Source: Candidatus Kapaibacterium sp. (lineage in GTDB: Bacteria > Bacteroidota > Ignavibacteria > Kapaibacteriales > HRBIN21). From it: 64,000 nt of DNA. Both the position numbers and the translations under genes were made by a program. The DNA lies in contig CALKEU010000005.1 of NCBI GenBank assembly GCA_938084565.1, positions 5,715 to 69,714 of the forward strand, given 5' to 3'. The notes under the pieces were generated by a model. That model saw nothing but the letters and a program-made list of their open reading frames with translations, was not told the origin of the DNA and did no database searches. Shown here one piece after another: positions 50,801-60,385 of this stretch. Position 1 is the stretch's first letter. Each line of letters begins with the position of its first letter.

Positions 50801-51315
50801 ACCCAGTGCCGCTGGCAGAGCATGCGTGGTTGCGAGGGCGTATCGACCGTATAGAGCTCGGCCGTCAGGGGCCAGAGGGAGCTCTCTCCATCGGTGTTGC
50901 CGATTACAAGAGTGGCCCCCTCCACCGGTATGCATCCTCTGACGACTGCCAGCGGGGGCTCCATTTACAGTTGCCGCTGTACCTGTGGGCGGCTCAACAG
51001 ATTCTGGCTCGTCACTATGCTCTGCAGGTGAAGCCCAGCTTTGCTGCTTTCTATGCCCTGCGCCCCCATCGGGACCGGCACGGTGGGAAGGCTGAGAAGG
51101 CGGAGCAGATACCTGTGCAGCTGGAGACCGCTCAGGACATGCTCGATAAAGCGTGTGAATACGCTCAGGATACCGTGGCACAGATTCGTGCTCGGATCTT
51201 CCCCGTGGCGCCGGCAAAGCGCACGCTATGCCGGGCTTGTCCGTATATAGCCCTGTGTCGTGTCAAGGAACTCCAGCCTAGGGAGAATGAAGAGACCGCT
51301 GGAGATACCTCCTGA
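47887..51315 (+). CDS. AddB/RexB-like inactive helicase plus PD-(D/E)XK nuclease with Fe-S cluster
   Basis: FSASELELYRRCPY, RGRIDRIE, DYKSG, QLPLY, C-terminal CxxCxxxxxC. The start is uncertain; GTG 47887 was chosen to avoid overlap with ribE. Confidence 0.85.
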   Translation: MAYLLFNPAASARWRPPQCVLQGDNRFRVEQLLREAAAEDAPERLIALVPTERRVRWLKRQFFRWVAHFHQGKAAPEPFLFTLAGFLWNCFGRLFPPGRYILLSDAHRLMLYDEAASRAPLRFYRRGNAALPPALLEQLAQLIDGLRRDGITAAVLAERLAEAQHRGDPTVDGARLHDVVALAREYEALLGEELVDEPRGWALVSRALAEGGSRALQRLFPGAELLVVEGFSDFRAPELAFLQVLAQQELPVVIAVDYSPDNGPLFGNFQELVEHLRQAGYAAYSTDPIVLMNEQTPSEQRVFWPLGAYLRRWLFNTEREIRHPGLSPMVTIVECRDREQEVLLIARLVKDLLCRQGYQPHEIAVVMRQPERYSALFREIFALYGIPANVTDRFWLVQSPVAVAVLSLLGLPLNGFRRLELERLVYNPYVRLLRADGRPIDGVNLLTVAMRRRILGGHRCGGADGWRRQLTNACTFLERQLELVRADPYSDPLEREQLERELEACQRALDDFCSLSERLAWERYLYTPAEFLQLLTREILVGMGIYEAVVAAYRQLRQQPWRSDAEWLTVVERIERDARALTRLSELADEIVTLLQRRWGGEARPLADYVERFTAALRGERYQVREKPGAGVTVTSIEQTRGIPFRVLILCGAVDGEFPLPYRTEHLLGYALPQAEDRHRRAERMLFYHFLTNDSEALERQDLRFYITYPTLQEGEQLVRSPFVDELLKVTSLESDGCVINAPKVLRWLQGQEVEGEAADLERQYSRAPWLAVQGTVTEWKAVTWAEPEEQQTPQHSGQQTPQKVEPLQEFIGRYFSASELELYRRCPYRYFATHILRLRPLERAPLELSPLERGLLLHRIVYRFLRELQQRGQLIARPLRGELPPLQTAPLDGELSELYERLREIAREELQHVRFEHPWFRLEAEQLLGTDEQPGILQYWLNSEYDRRRNRPEFEPVAFEFGFGMHPTMADPVPLAEHAWLRGRIDRIELGRQGPEGALSIGVADYKSGPLHRYASSDDCQRGLHLQLPLYLWAAQQILARHYALQVKPSFAAFYALRPHRDRHGGKAEKAEQIPVQLETAQDMLDKACEYAQDTVAQIRARIFPVAPAKRTLCRACPYIALCRVKELQPRENEETAGDTS

Positions 51316-53755
51316 GAAGCTGCGGTGGCGCTGCCCGGAGGAGCTCTTTCCATTTGAGACGACTGACGAGTTGGAGCCCTTGGAGGAAATTGTTGGCCAG
51401 CCGCGGGCGGTGGAAGCACTGCGTCTGGGTGTGAGTTTGTGGGCTCCGGGCTACAATATCTACGTCTCTGGCCTCTCGGGAACGGGACGTCTGACAACTG
51501 TGCAGAGGATCCTCCAGGAGGTGGTGCAGGTCTGCCCTCCATTGTACGACTACTGCTACGTACACAACTTTCGCGAGCCCACGCGGCCACGGCTGCTCCG
51601 TCTACCCAAGGGACAAGGGCAGGCCTTTCGCGAGGCGCTCGAGAAGGCCGTAGCCCTTCTCCGAGAGCGTATCCCGCAACTCTTCGAGCGGGAGGATTTC
51701 CGCGCACAACGCCATGAACTCTTACACAATTACGAACAGCGCCATCGGCAGCTGCTGAACCAGTTTGAAGAGGAGCTCAAACAAGAGGGCTTCGTCCTCG
51801 GCCAACTGGAGACAGCCACGGGCGTAGAGCCGGAAATCTTCCCTGTCGTTGGAGACATCCCTATCACCATTGAAGAGCTCGACGATTACGTCCGCGGGCG
51901 GAAGCTTACCCTTGAGGAAGCTCAGGCCTTACGAAGGCGGTACGACGAGGCACGGTTCCGGCTACAAGAGCTGACGCGCTCGGCGGCGCGCCTCTGGCGT
52001 GAGTATCAACAGGCCCTCCGCGAACACGACCGCTCGGCCGTCATGGTGCTCATTCGCGGAATCTTTGCCGAGCTCCAGGAACGCTTTCCCTACGAGCCTA
52101 TCGGGCACTTCCTCACTGAGATTGAGCAGGACTTGCTCGAGCACCTCCATCTCTTTGTGTCCGATCCCCATGAGACCCCAGCGCAGATGGAACAGCGCCT
52201 CAAGCTCTTGGAGGAACACCTGCGCTACTACGGCGTGAACGTCATTGTGGACAATACCCACACCGAGTGCGCTCCCATCATCATAGAGACCACCCCGACG
52301 TACGCCAACTTGTTCGGTACTATCGACCGTTCCACGGAGGGACGTGGAGTCTGGGCAGCCGATTACCGTTCCATTCGTGCCGGCTCCGTTCTGCGGGCAG
52401 ACCAGGGCTATCTCATCCTCAATGCTCTCGATACTCTGTCGCAGCCGGGGGTCTGGCCGATGTTGAAGAATGTGGTGCTCTACGGCAAGCTGGATATCCA
52501 AACGTGGGATCCCCTCTTTGCGCTGCTGCCGGCCGGTATCAAGCCAGAGCCTGTCGCCGTACGGCTCAAAATCATCCTCATTGGTCCGGCCGAGCTCTAT
52601 ACGCTGCTCCACTTGCTGGATGAGGATTTCCCAAAGATGTTCAAGGTGCATGCACAGTTTGACACCGAAGCCCCGCGCTCGCCTGAGCTACTGCTTGCCT
52701 ATGCCCGTTTTATACGCAAGCTCAGTCAGCAGGAGGGGATTCTGCCGGCGCATCGGGGGGCTGTAGCAGCCCTAGCCGAGTGGGCCGCTGAATGGGCAGA
52801 GACACAGCGCAAGTTGACACTGCGTTTTAGCGATATAGCCGATGTCATCCGCGAGGCGCATTATCGAGCTCAGCAGCAGGGTGCTCAACGCCTGGAGCGA
52901 ATTCACGTCGAAGAGGCTCTCGAGGCCCGGCGCCGTCGGCACGACTTGCTCGATGAGAAAATCCGGGAGTACATCCTACAGGGGACACTGCTCATCGATA
53001 CGGAGGGCAAGCGTGTTGGGCAAATCAATGGATTGACCGTCTACTCGACGGGTACCTATAGCTTTGGTCGGCCAGTGCGCATTACTGCCTCTGTCGGCAT
53101 TGGGAGTGGGGGTATCCTCAGCATAGAACGAGAGGTCGAGCTCAGCGGGCGCATTCACAGCAAGGGGGTGCTGATTCTGGCCGGGCTCTTGCGCGAGCGC
53201 TTTGCCCATCGCCATCCTCTGGCCCTCTCTGCCTCGTTGACCTTTGAGCAGTCGTACTCCGATGTCGAAGGCGATAGCGCGTCAGCAGCCGAGCTCTATG
53301 CTCTGCTCTCTGCACTGGGCAATGTGCCTCTGCGACAGGATCTGGCCGTAACGGGTTCGGTGAGCCAGAAGGGGGATATCCAGCCTGTCGGGGGCATCAA
53401 TGAAAAGATCCGTGGCTTCTTCGAGGTCTGCCTTGCACGGGGTCTGACGGGGACACAGGGGGTTATCATCCCATGGCAGAACGTGGAGGACCTCATGCTG
53501 CCGGAGACCATCATCGATGCCGTGCGGGAGGGGCGCTTCCATATCTATGCTATCCGCCACTTCGAAGAGGCCATCCCGCTCTTGATGGGATTGCCCGCCG
53601 GGGTACAGCGTGCCGATGGCACGTATCCCCCGAATACACTCTTCGGGAAGGTGCAGCGCCGTTTGGAGCTCTTCTGGAGGCAATCCCAGGAGACGACTCA
53701 GCGGAGGCAGCGAAATAGCACGCTGAACCGTCGCCGCACTGTGCGTAAGCAATGA
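51287..53755 (+). CDS. Lon-like protease (LonC/AAA_32 type)
   Basis: VGQPRA, GQINGL, FEQSY, GDSAS catalytic Ser, GGINEKI Lys. Walker motifs are degenerate (GTGRLT, LILNA). Confidence 0.9.
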   Translation: MKRPLEIPPEKLRWRCPEELFPFETTDELEPLEEIVGQPRAVEALRLGVSLWAPGYNIYVSGLSGTGRLTTVQRILQEVVQVCPPLYDYCYVHNFREPTRPRLLRLPKGQGQAFREALEKAVALLRERIPQLFEREDFRAQRHELLHNYEQRHRQLLNQFEEELKQEGFVLGQLETATGVEPEIFPVVGDIPITIEELDDYVRGRKLTLEEAQALRRRYDEARFRLQELTRSAARLWREYQQALREHDRSAVMVLIRGIFAELQERFPYEPIGHFLTEIEQDLLEHLHLFVSDPHETPAQMEQRLKLLEEHLRYYGVNVIVDNTHTECAPIIIETTPTYANLFGTIDRSTEGRGVWAADYRSIRAGSVLRADQGYLILNALDTLSQPGVWPMLKNVVLYGKLDIQTWDPLFALLPAGIKPEPVAVRLKIILIGPAELYTLLHLLDEDFPKMFKVHAQFDTEAPRSPELLLAYARFIRKLSQQEGILPAHRGAVAALAEWAAEWAETQRKLTLRFSDIADVIREAHYRAQQQGAQRLERIHVEEALEARRRRHDLLDEKIREYILQGTLLIDTEGKRVGQINGLTVYSTGTYSFGRPVRITASVGIGSGGILSIEREVELSGRIHSKGVLILAGLLRERFAHRHPLALSASLTFEQSYSDVEGDSASAAELYALLSALGNVPLRQDLAVTGSVSQKGDIQPVGGINEKIRGFFEVCLARGLTGTQGVIIPWQNVEDLMLPETIIDAVREGRFHIYAIRHFEEAIPLLMGLPAGVQRADGTYPPNTLFGKVQRRLELFWRQSQETTQRRQRNSTLNRRRTVRKQ

Positions 53756-54477
53756 GGTGGCCAACCGTGCGCATTGCTCCCTCTCTCTTGGCGGCCGATT
53801 TTGCTCGGCTCGGGGAAGAAGTAGCAGCCTGCGAGCGTGCCGGAGCCGATGTGCTGCATGTCGACGTGATGGATGGGCACTTCGTACCGAACCTTACCCT
53901 TGGGCCGCCTATTGTAGCGGCCCTCCGACCCCATACGAGGCTCCCCCTGGACTGCCACCTTATGATCACTGATCCCGAGCGCTACATCCCTGCCTTTGCT
54001 GAAGCCGGGGCCGATTGGATTTCCGTGCACGTAGAAGCTTGCCCCCATCTGCATCGCGCACTGACGTTGATCCGCACTCTGGGAAAGCGGGCCGGGATCG
54101 TGCTCAATCCGACCACTCCGCTGGCATATGCCTATGAGGCCATACCGTACTGCGACTTCATACTGCTGATGTCCGTCAACCCGGGCTTTGGGGGTCAAGA
54201 GTTCATCCCCGGCGTTGTCCATCGGATTGCGCAGCTTCGGGAGTACCTCGAACGCGCAGGGCTGGCTATGGATATCGAAGTTGATGGCGGTATCCATGCC
54301 GGCAATGTCGCCGAGGTCGTCCGCGCTGGAGCCACCATCATCGTCAGCGGTTCTGGAGTGTTCCGGGGGGAGCTGGCCGAGAATATCCGCACCTTGCGTC
54401 GTCTCATCGCCGCCGCGCTCGAGGCTCCTCCCCGAGCAAGTAGCCAAACCCGAGAGAGCCTGCCAAAGGAGCCTTGA
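53752..54477 (+). CDS. rpe: Ribulose-phosphate 3-epimerase
   Basis: IAPSLL, HVDVMDGHFVPN, MSVNPGFGGQ, EVDGG. Confidence 0.97.
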   Translation: MRWPTVRIAPSLLAADFARLGEEVAACERAGADVLHVDVMDGHFVPNLTLGPPIVAALRPHTRLPLDCHLMITDPERYIPAFAEAGADWISVHVEACPHLHRALTLIRTLGKRAGIVLNPTTPLAYAYEAIPYCDFILLMSVNPGFGGQEFIPGVVHRIAQLREYLERAGLAMDIEVDGGIHAGNVAEVVRAGATIIVSGSGVFRGELAENIRTLRRLIAAALEAPPRASSQTRESLPKEP

Positions 54478-55057
54478 GGCCAAGGTAGACACTCCAGGGA
54501 AAGTCGATGTAAGCAGCCCGTACCGCTGCTCCAATGGTATAGAGCCGGCCGTCCAGGACCAGATGTGACCGCGGCGAGAGGTGTACCGTCAGCCCGATAC
54601 CGCCTCCAGCCACACCCCAGGTGGTGCGCCGGAAACGCTGGGTATAAGGACCAAATTCTGCTGCACCTCCGACTTCCCCGAGAATGCTGAGCCCTAACGA
54701 TCCCAGTGGTATGGTGAGAGCAGGTTCCCCGAGCATAGCAATCCCGGTAACGAACTCCCTACCTATGCGGCCAGTGTAAGCCAGTGCTGTGCCGCGCAGC
54801 GAGAGAGATCGCGGCACAATGCTGAGGTGATAGCCTGCAGCAGCACCGAGGCTGGCAAAGCGCATGTCAACATCGATGTTGACGTCCTGACCGCCCGAGG
54901 CTGTAATCCCCACAGCTCCCATGGAGGTAGGCTGATCTGGAGGGAGGAGCAGTGGCCGCTCAAGGTGGTAGATGGCCGGGAAGTATATCGGACCGCAGCT
55001 ACTGAGGCAGAGGACGACTGCGAGCGTGCCTGTAACAGTCACAGCTCTCCGTCCCAT
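54404..55057 (-). CDS. Hypothetical lipoprotein / small beta-barrel
   Basis: Lipobox-like LSSC followed by Gly/aromatic-rich beta strands. Overlaps the start and end of its neighbours. Confidence 0.55.
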   Translation of the reverse strand: MGRRAVTVTGTLAVVLCLSSCGPIYFPAIYHLERPLLLPPDQPTSMGAVGITASGGQDVNIDVDMRFASLGAAAGYHLSIVPRSLSLRGTALAYTGRIGREFVTGIAMLGEPALTIPLGSLGLSILGEVGGAAEFGPYTQRFRRTTWGVAGGGIGLTVHLSPRSHLVLDGRLYTIGAAVRAAYIDFPWSVYLGLKAPLAGSLGFGYLLGEEPRARRR

Positions 55058-55800
55058 AGCCTCACCTCCGTGATGTGGGGCACAAGACCGTGGTAGTACA
55101 ACAATTCCAGGGTCTGTTCAGTAGCATCGGCGAGCGCCTCGCTCCAGCGCCAGTGGATGGTTCCATGGCGAGCCGGGGACGAGGAGGTGCTCTCGAGGAT
55201 AGCTTCTCTCGTCGGCAGCCCGGGTTGCACCAGGCGATCGAGCACTGTCGGCAGCTCTGCGGGCAGCTCCTCTGGGCGGCAGACCCAGAAAGCAACTGGC
55301 AGCATGTGGTCGAAGGCGACGTACCATTCCTCGGCCACATCCAGGCGGGCCATCTCTGGGCGATTTTCCTCCCAACTGATGACGGCATCGGCTTCGCACA
55401 GGGCCTCGTGGACACTTCTACCCGCAGCGGCCGTGAATGTGGGTTCCAGGTCGTAGATCTCCTTCAGCAGCAAGTGGAGAGCCTGTGTCAGAAAGGCAGT
55501 AAGTGATGGAGCGATGCAATGGGCGATAGTACGGATCTGCGGACGGAAGTAGAGCCACACGCGCTCGGTATAGCCTTCTAGGGCTAGAGCTCCGGTGGGC
55601 ACAATGCGATAGTCGGCCTGTCCAGCCAAGTTGCCGTAAGCCAGTGGGGAGAGGAGAGCGAGCTCAACACGATTGGTCCGCAGGAGCCGAGCGCATTCTT
55701 CCTCCGGGACGCGGAGGAGCTGTACACGGTCGACACTGGCACCTGCAGCCAGCAGCGGCGTGTAGAGGGCATCAATCGGAGCCGCAATGCGCAGCACCAT
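55039..55800 (-). CDS. MqnA/MqnD-family protein (futalosine menaquinone pathway, chorismate dehydratase-like), divergent
   Basis: ELALLSPLAY, DVAEEWY...LPVAFWVCR resemble MqnA segments. Confidence 0.6.
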   Translation of the reverse strand: MVLRIAAPIDALYTPLLAAGASVDRVQLLRVPEEECARLLRTNRVELALLSPLAYGNLAGQADYRIVPTGALALEGYTERVWLYFRPQIRTIAHCIAPSLTAFLTQALHLLLKEIYDLEPTFTAAAGRSVHEALCEADAVISWEENRPEMARLDVAEEWYVAFDHMLPVAFWVCRPEELPAELPTVLDRLVQPGLPTREAILESTSSSPARHGTIHWRWSEALADATEQTLELLYYHGLVPHITEVRLWDGEL

Positions 55801-56365
55801 CAGTATGCGGAATCCTCTCTTCCTGCCACTTTCCGCGGCGGTAACACCGGAGGGCTTCATAGAGGACAATGCCAGCGGCTACTGCAACGTTGAGCGAATG
55901 CTTGGCTCCGTACATTGGGATAGCCAGAGCGCCATCGCAGTAGGCGAGTACCTCCGGTTGGATACCGACGATTTCATTGCCGAAGACGAAGGCGGCCGGG
56001 AAATCTGCCGGTGTCAGGCTGTCGTAGGGACGACTCTCATCGGTGAGTTCGACGGCGAAGACGCGGATGCGGCGATGCCGTAGCTCGGCCACCGCCTCGA
56101 CAGCAGAGCGCTGAACACGCCAGGGCACACTCTCGGTTGCCCCGAGCGCTGTCTTGTCAATCTCCGGCCGAGGAGGGGCTGGAGTGTAGCCGCAGAGGAT
56201 AATCTCTTGCGCTCTCACCGCATCGGCCGTCCGGAAAATAGAGCCAACGTTGTAGAGGCTGCGGATGTTGTCGAGCACAATGGTGATCGGATGCCGTGCC
56301 AGGTGCTGAAGTTCCTCCCGGCGATACCGCTGGCGGGAGAGTTCTTCGTAGGTGAGCTTGCGCAT
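55772..56365 (-). CDS. SpoU/TrmH-family RNA 2'-O-methyltransferase
   Basis: LDNIRSLYNVGSIFRTAD, FGNE, IPMYGAKHSLNVAVA. Confidence 0.93.
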   Translation of the reverse strand: MRKLTYEELSRQRYRREELQHLARHPITIVLDNIRSLYNVGSIFRTADAVRAQEIILCGYTPAPPRPEIDKTALGATESVPWRVQRSAVEAVAELRHRRIRVFAVELTDESRPYDSLTPADFPAAFVFGNEIVGIQPEVLAYCDGALAIPMYGAKHSLNVAVAAGIVLYEALRCYRRGKWQEERIPHTDGAAHCGSD

Positions 56366-56420
56366 GGAGAACGGCGGAAACGGTGTAATTTCCCTCAACG
56401 CATGCTGTGGATGCAGACGA

Positions 56421-57395
56421 ATGCCCTTCGTTGCCCTTGTGCTAGGGATAGTGCTGACGCGCTGGAGTACCTTCTGGCTGCTGCAGGGGGAGCTTGTCCC
56501 GGAAGCCTCTCGGGTATTCTGGGCCCCACGCAGTCCGAGCGTGGAAGCACTGCCGGCACCGGAGGCGACCGATACGACCTTGCGTTGGCTCGTCCTCGGT
56601 GATTGGGGGACCGGAGGGCAGATACAGCGCCGGGTTGCCCGGGCAATGGCTGAGGTGGCTCGCCGCGCACCAGTGCACTGGATTCTCAGCACGGGGGACA
56701 ATTTCTATCCCTCTGGTGTGCGCTCTGCTGATGACCCCCGATGGGAGAGCCACTTCGAACGGGTCTATGCCGAGAGCTCGCTCCGTGTGCCATGGTATCC
56801 TGTGCTCGGCAACCATGACTACCGTGGTCATCCCGATGCCCAGGTTGCTTACAGTCAGCGCAATCGGCTGTGGCGTATGCCAGCTCGGTATTACACTCAT
56901 GAGCACACGCTCCCTGATGGCACACCGGTTCTCTTTGTGGCTTTGGACACACAGGAGCTCCTGACGGGGCCAGATACGGCCCGTCGACGTCAGCTGCAGT
57001 GGCTTGAACGCACGCTACGGCGCTTCCCGCGGGGTTGGAAATTCGCCGTCGGGCACCATCCGCTGCGCTCTGCGGGTGCCTATGGGGAGAATGCTCAACT
57101 CCTGCGCCTCCTCAAACCGCTGTTCGATCGCTACGGCGTAGCAGCTTACTTCTGCGGCCATGAACATGATCTGCAACTCCTCCGCCACCCGGACGACCGC
57201 TTCGTCTGTGTAATCTCAGGTGCAGGCGGCGGCGTTCGCTCGACCTCTTACGGGCCTTTCACGCTCTTTGCGGCTGCCCAACCAGGCTTTGTCTACGCTG
57301 CGCTGGGGCCACAGACGCTACGGCTCTGGTTCATCGCTGCTGATGGCAGCATTCTAGCAGTAGAAACAGTCCCACGACCCGAGCCTCATCCATGA
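56421..57395 (+). CDS. Purple/tartrate-resistant acid phosphatase-like metallophosphoesterase
   Basis: GDWG, GDNFY, LGNHDY, GHHP, CGHEH. Confidence 0.92.
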   Translation: MPFVALVLGIVLTRWSTFWLLQGELVPEASRVFWAPRSPSVEALPAPEATDTTLRWLVLGDWGTGGQIQRRVARAMAEVARRAPVHWILSTGDNFYPSGVRSADDPRWESHFERVYAESSLRVPWYPVLGNHDYRGHPDAQVAYSQRNRLWRMPARYYTHEHTLPDGTPVLFVALDTQELLTGPDTARRRQLQWLERTLRRFPRGWKFAVGHHPLRSAGAYGENAQLLRLLKPLFDRYGVAAYFCGHEHDLQLLRHPDDRFVCVISGAGGGVRSTSYGPFTLFAAAQPGFVYAALGPQTLRLWFIAADGSILAVETVPRPEPHP

Positions 57396-60385
57396 GAGGG
57401 CGTGCCCTGGCTGTATTCCTGCTGAGTTGTGTGCTCTGTACAGAGATCCTTGCTCAGCCGCCCGATAGCCGCGGGCGGGAGTTCTGGGTGGCCTTCCTGC
57501 CGAATTTCCACAACAATCGGCGCTCGCCCGTAGAAGCTGAACGATATGCTGATTCGCTCTACCTTGCCATTGTTGCCGATGAGCCAAGCCGTGGGTTCAT
57601 CGAATGGTGGGACGCAGAGGGGCAGCATTGGGTTGAACCCTTCCAAATTGCCGATCCGCGTGTGCCATACGTGTTCGCACGCTCCTGGTGGGGCTTAGAG
57701 CTTATGGGATATAACGATAGCGGGCAGCTCCTCCTCAGCGGCTCTGCGGAAGGGGGGCAAGGGGAAAGGCCCGTACAGCAGTCCGTCCACATTGTCGTCG
57801 AAGATGGGGGTGAAGTCACCGTGTATGCCTTCCAGCAGGCTGTCTACACCAGCGATGCCTTTCTGGTCTTGCCCGTAGATGCACTGGGGACGGAATACCT
57901 CGTGATGAGCTATCCGAGCGACGGGCGTCTTGAGCCGAGCGGCGCACTCAGTACAGCCAGCACGCCGTCGCAGTTTGCCATTGTGGCAATAGAAGAGCAG
58001 ACGGAAGTGATAATTCGCCCCAGTGCGCCTACGTATCGGTATGGGCTGCAGGAGCAGCGGGTGCGCCTCAATCGTGGGGAGGTCTATCTGGTTCAGGCTC
58101 GTATCACACCGAGCGATCTTCGAGCGGATTTGACTGGTACGGAGATTCGTGCGACCAAGCCAGTGGCGGTCTTTGCGGGGCATCAACGAGTAGTTGTGCC
58201 GGTGGGAGAGAGTGGTTTGACCTCACGCGATTGCCTGCTCGAGCAGCTCCCTCCCGTTACTGCTTGGGGGAATTCAGCCATCGTAGTGCCCTTCCCTGTG
58301 CCTTCGAGCGGTCTTGCGCCGCAGGGGACACACCGTTTCCGGGTGCTAGCTGCCCAGCCGAACACCACCCTGCTGCTGAATGGGCAGCCAGTAGCTGTGT
58401 TGCAGCGGGGACAGGTCTACGAGGCTGCTCTCGAAACGCCTCTTGTGCTCCAGGCCACTGGGCCTATACTGGTAGCGGCATTCCACAAGACCTCGAATGC
58501 GGGCCAGGTTGCCAATATCGGTGACCCCTTCATGATGCTGATCCCGCCGGTGCAGCAGTTTCTGTCTCGTTACCGCTTCCTCAACGTTCAGAAGTACACC
58601 GTCAGCTCTGGTTTTACCGAGCCGGTCTATCGCGAGCAGTATGCAACAGCAGTCTTGCCGATGGAGGCAGAGCTGTGGCTGGATGGACAGCGGGTACCAC
58701 GAGCGCTGTACCGGCCTCTTGGGGGAGTGGACTATGGGTTCGTGTGGCTCTCGATAACCGATGGAGTGCATGATATCGAAGCTCGCTTTCCGGATGGGCG
58801 GCTAGCGCCGCTGGGACTGTACGTCTACGGATATGGACCGGCGGACTCTTATGGGTACATTGGAGGCTGTAGCTTCCGTCCGCTCGATGTGTCGCCGCCG
58901 ACTGTGGTGGCCGTCCAGGGATGCTTTACCCTCAGCGGAACTGTATACGACACAGCCGCCACCGACAGTCGCCTGCAGAGCGTCGAAGTAGTTCGGGCAG
59001 ACAACGTCAATGTCGTGCTGGATCCTTTACCGGAGCCGGCCGATTCGGTTCGATTCCGGGCGGTACTGCTCGATCCTTTCGCTGATGGTTTCTTCGAGCT
59101 CCGCGCCCGGGATTCGGCCGGATACGCACAAGTATGGGAGTTTGCAATCCCAGGCTTCACACTTCGAGTAAGCCCCACACAGCTGCGTGTGCAGCTGCTC
59201 CGGGATGGTCAGCGCTCGTGCCAGCGCTTCAGGCTTTTCAACTCTGGTGCGTTCCCCCAGGAGCTGCGTCGGCTGGAGTTTCTCGGAAGACTCCCGCCGC
59301 AAGCGACTGTGACTCTGACACCACCGGACTCGGTCCTGCCGCCCCAGGAGAGTCGGGAGGTGGAGCTCTGCTTCGTGGCCTCGGAGGCCGGTACCTACGT
59401 GGCCCATGTGGTGGTCGGCACTCCGTGTTTGACAATGGACAGTATGGCGGTCGTTGTGATCACGGTCGGTGTCGACGATGTGCCTCCAAGCGTGCAACGT
59501 ATGCGGGATTCCTGTGGGTGGGAGGAGTATCTTGTGATTGCCGACACAGTGGAACCGGCTTCTGGCCTTGCAGCCGTAGAGGTCCGACAGCAAGTCAACT
59601 GCGTTGTTCAGGTCGTACAACGGGAGCTGCAGTACGCACGGGTGCACGTTCGTGTCCTGGATCCCTGGGAAGATGCTTGGTACGAGCTCTTCGTCCAGGA
59701 TGAGGCGGGTAATGAGCGCTGGGTGAGCGATACTCTGCCGGGCTTTACACTGCGCCTGCTTGCTCCGGCTGACGGCCATCTGGAGCTGGGTCCGAACTCT
59801 TACGGGCAAATACGCTGTGATACAGTTTGGCTGCACAACACAGGGCACTTTGCCATCCTGCTGCAGGCAGTGCCTCTGCGGCAGCAGACGGCCTTTTCTG
59901 TTCCACCGGGGCAGCTGCCGCTGCGCATTCTGCCGGGACAGGTGAAGGGGGTGCTCGTCTGCTTTGCACCGCTCCAACCAGACTTCGGCCTCTATAGGGA
60001 CACGCTCGTGCTCTCGCGGCAGTGCCTCCAGCTGCCCGTGATCCTCTCTGGGGAGCTGCGTCCACGGGAGTACGTCGGGCGCGATCGCTGCGGTCTGTTC
60101 ATCGAAATGGGGCAGCACATTAGCCGCCCCTTCCTTGCGCTTCCTCACCCTCAGCCAGCCACAACACAGGTGCACGTACAGTTTGGTCTGCCAGGAGAGA
60201 CCCTCGTTCAGCTCAGCCTCTGGGATACCCACGGTCGGCTGGTACGCCACTTCCTGCGTCGGCAGCTCCCTGCGGGGGGCTATACAGCAGTGCTGCCGCT
60301 AGAGGATCTGCCAGCAGGGGTCTACTGGCTTCAGCTTCAGACGACCTCTACGGTGCAGGGACAGCCGTTGGTGATCGTGCGCTAG
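57392..60385 (+). CDS. IgGFc-binding-protein N-terminal domain protein with repeated Ig-like modules and T9SS-like C-terminus
   Basis: DSRGREFW, DAFLVLPVDALGTEY, DLTGTEI, EQLPPVTAWG, DPFMM, DSYGY. C-terminal PQPA...LPAGVYWLQL. Confidence 0.85.
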   Translation: MRGRALAVFLLSCVLCTEILAQPPDSRGREFWVAFLPNFHNNRRSPVEAERYADSLYLAIVADEPSRGFIEWWDAEGQHWVEPFQIADPRVPYVFARSWWGLELMGYNDSGQLLLSGSAEGGQGERPVQQSVHIVVEDGGEVTVYAFQQAVYTSDAFLVLPVDALGTEYLVMSYPSDGRLEPSGALSTASTPSQFAIVAIEEQTEVIIRPSAPTYRYGLQEQRVRLNRGEVYLVQARITPSDLRADLTGTEIRATKPVAVFAGHQRVVVPVGESGLTSRDCLLEQLPPVTAWGNSAIVVPFPVPSSGLAPQGTHRFRVLAAQPNTTLLLNGQPVAVLQRGQVYEAALETPLVLQATGPILVAAFHKTSNAGQVANIGDPFMMLIPPVQQFLSRYRFLNVQKYTVSSGFTEPVYREQYATAVLPMEAELWLDGQRVPRALYRPLGGVDYGFVWLSITDGVHDIEARFPDGRLAPLGLYVYGYGPADSYGYIGGCSFRPLDVSPPTVVAVQGCFTLSGTVYDTAATDSRLQSVEVVRADNVNVVLDPLPEPADSVRFRAVLLDPFADGFFELRARDSAGYAQVWEFAIPGFTLRVSPTQLRVQLLRDGQRSCQRFRLFNSGAFPQELRRLEFLGRLPPQATVTLTPPDSVLPPQESREVELCFVASEAGTYVAHVVVGTPCLTMDSMAVVVITVGVDDVPPSVQRMRDSCGWEEYLVIADTVEPASGLAAVEVRQQVNCVVQVVQRELQYARVHVRVLDPWEDAWYELFVQDEAGNERWVSDTLPGFTLRLLAPADGHLELGPNSYGQIRCDTVWLHNTGHFAILLQAVPLRQQTAFSVPPGQLPLRILPGQVKGVLVCFAPLQPDFGLYRDTLVLSRQCLQLPVILSGELRPREYVGRDRCGLFIEMGQHISRPFLALPHPQPATTQVHVQFGLPGETLVQLSLWDTHGRLVRHFLRRQLPAGGYTAVLPLEDLPAGVYWLQLQTTSTVQGQPLVIVR

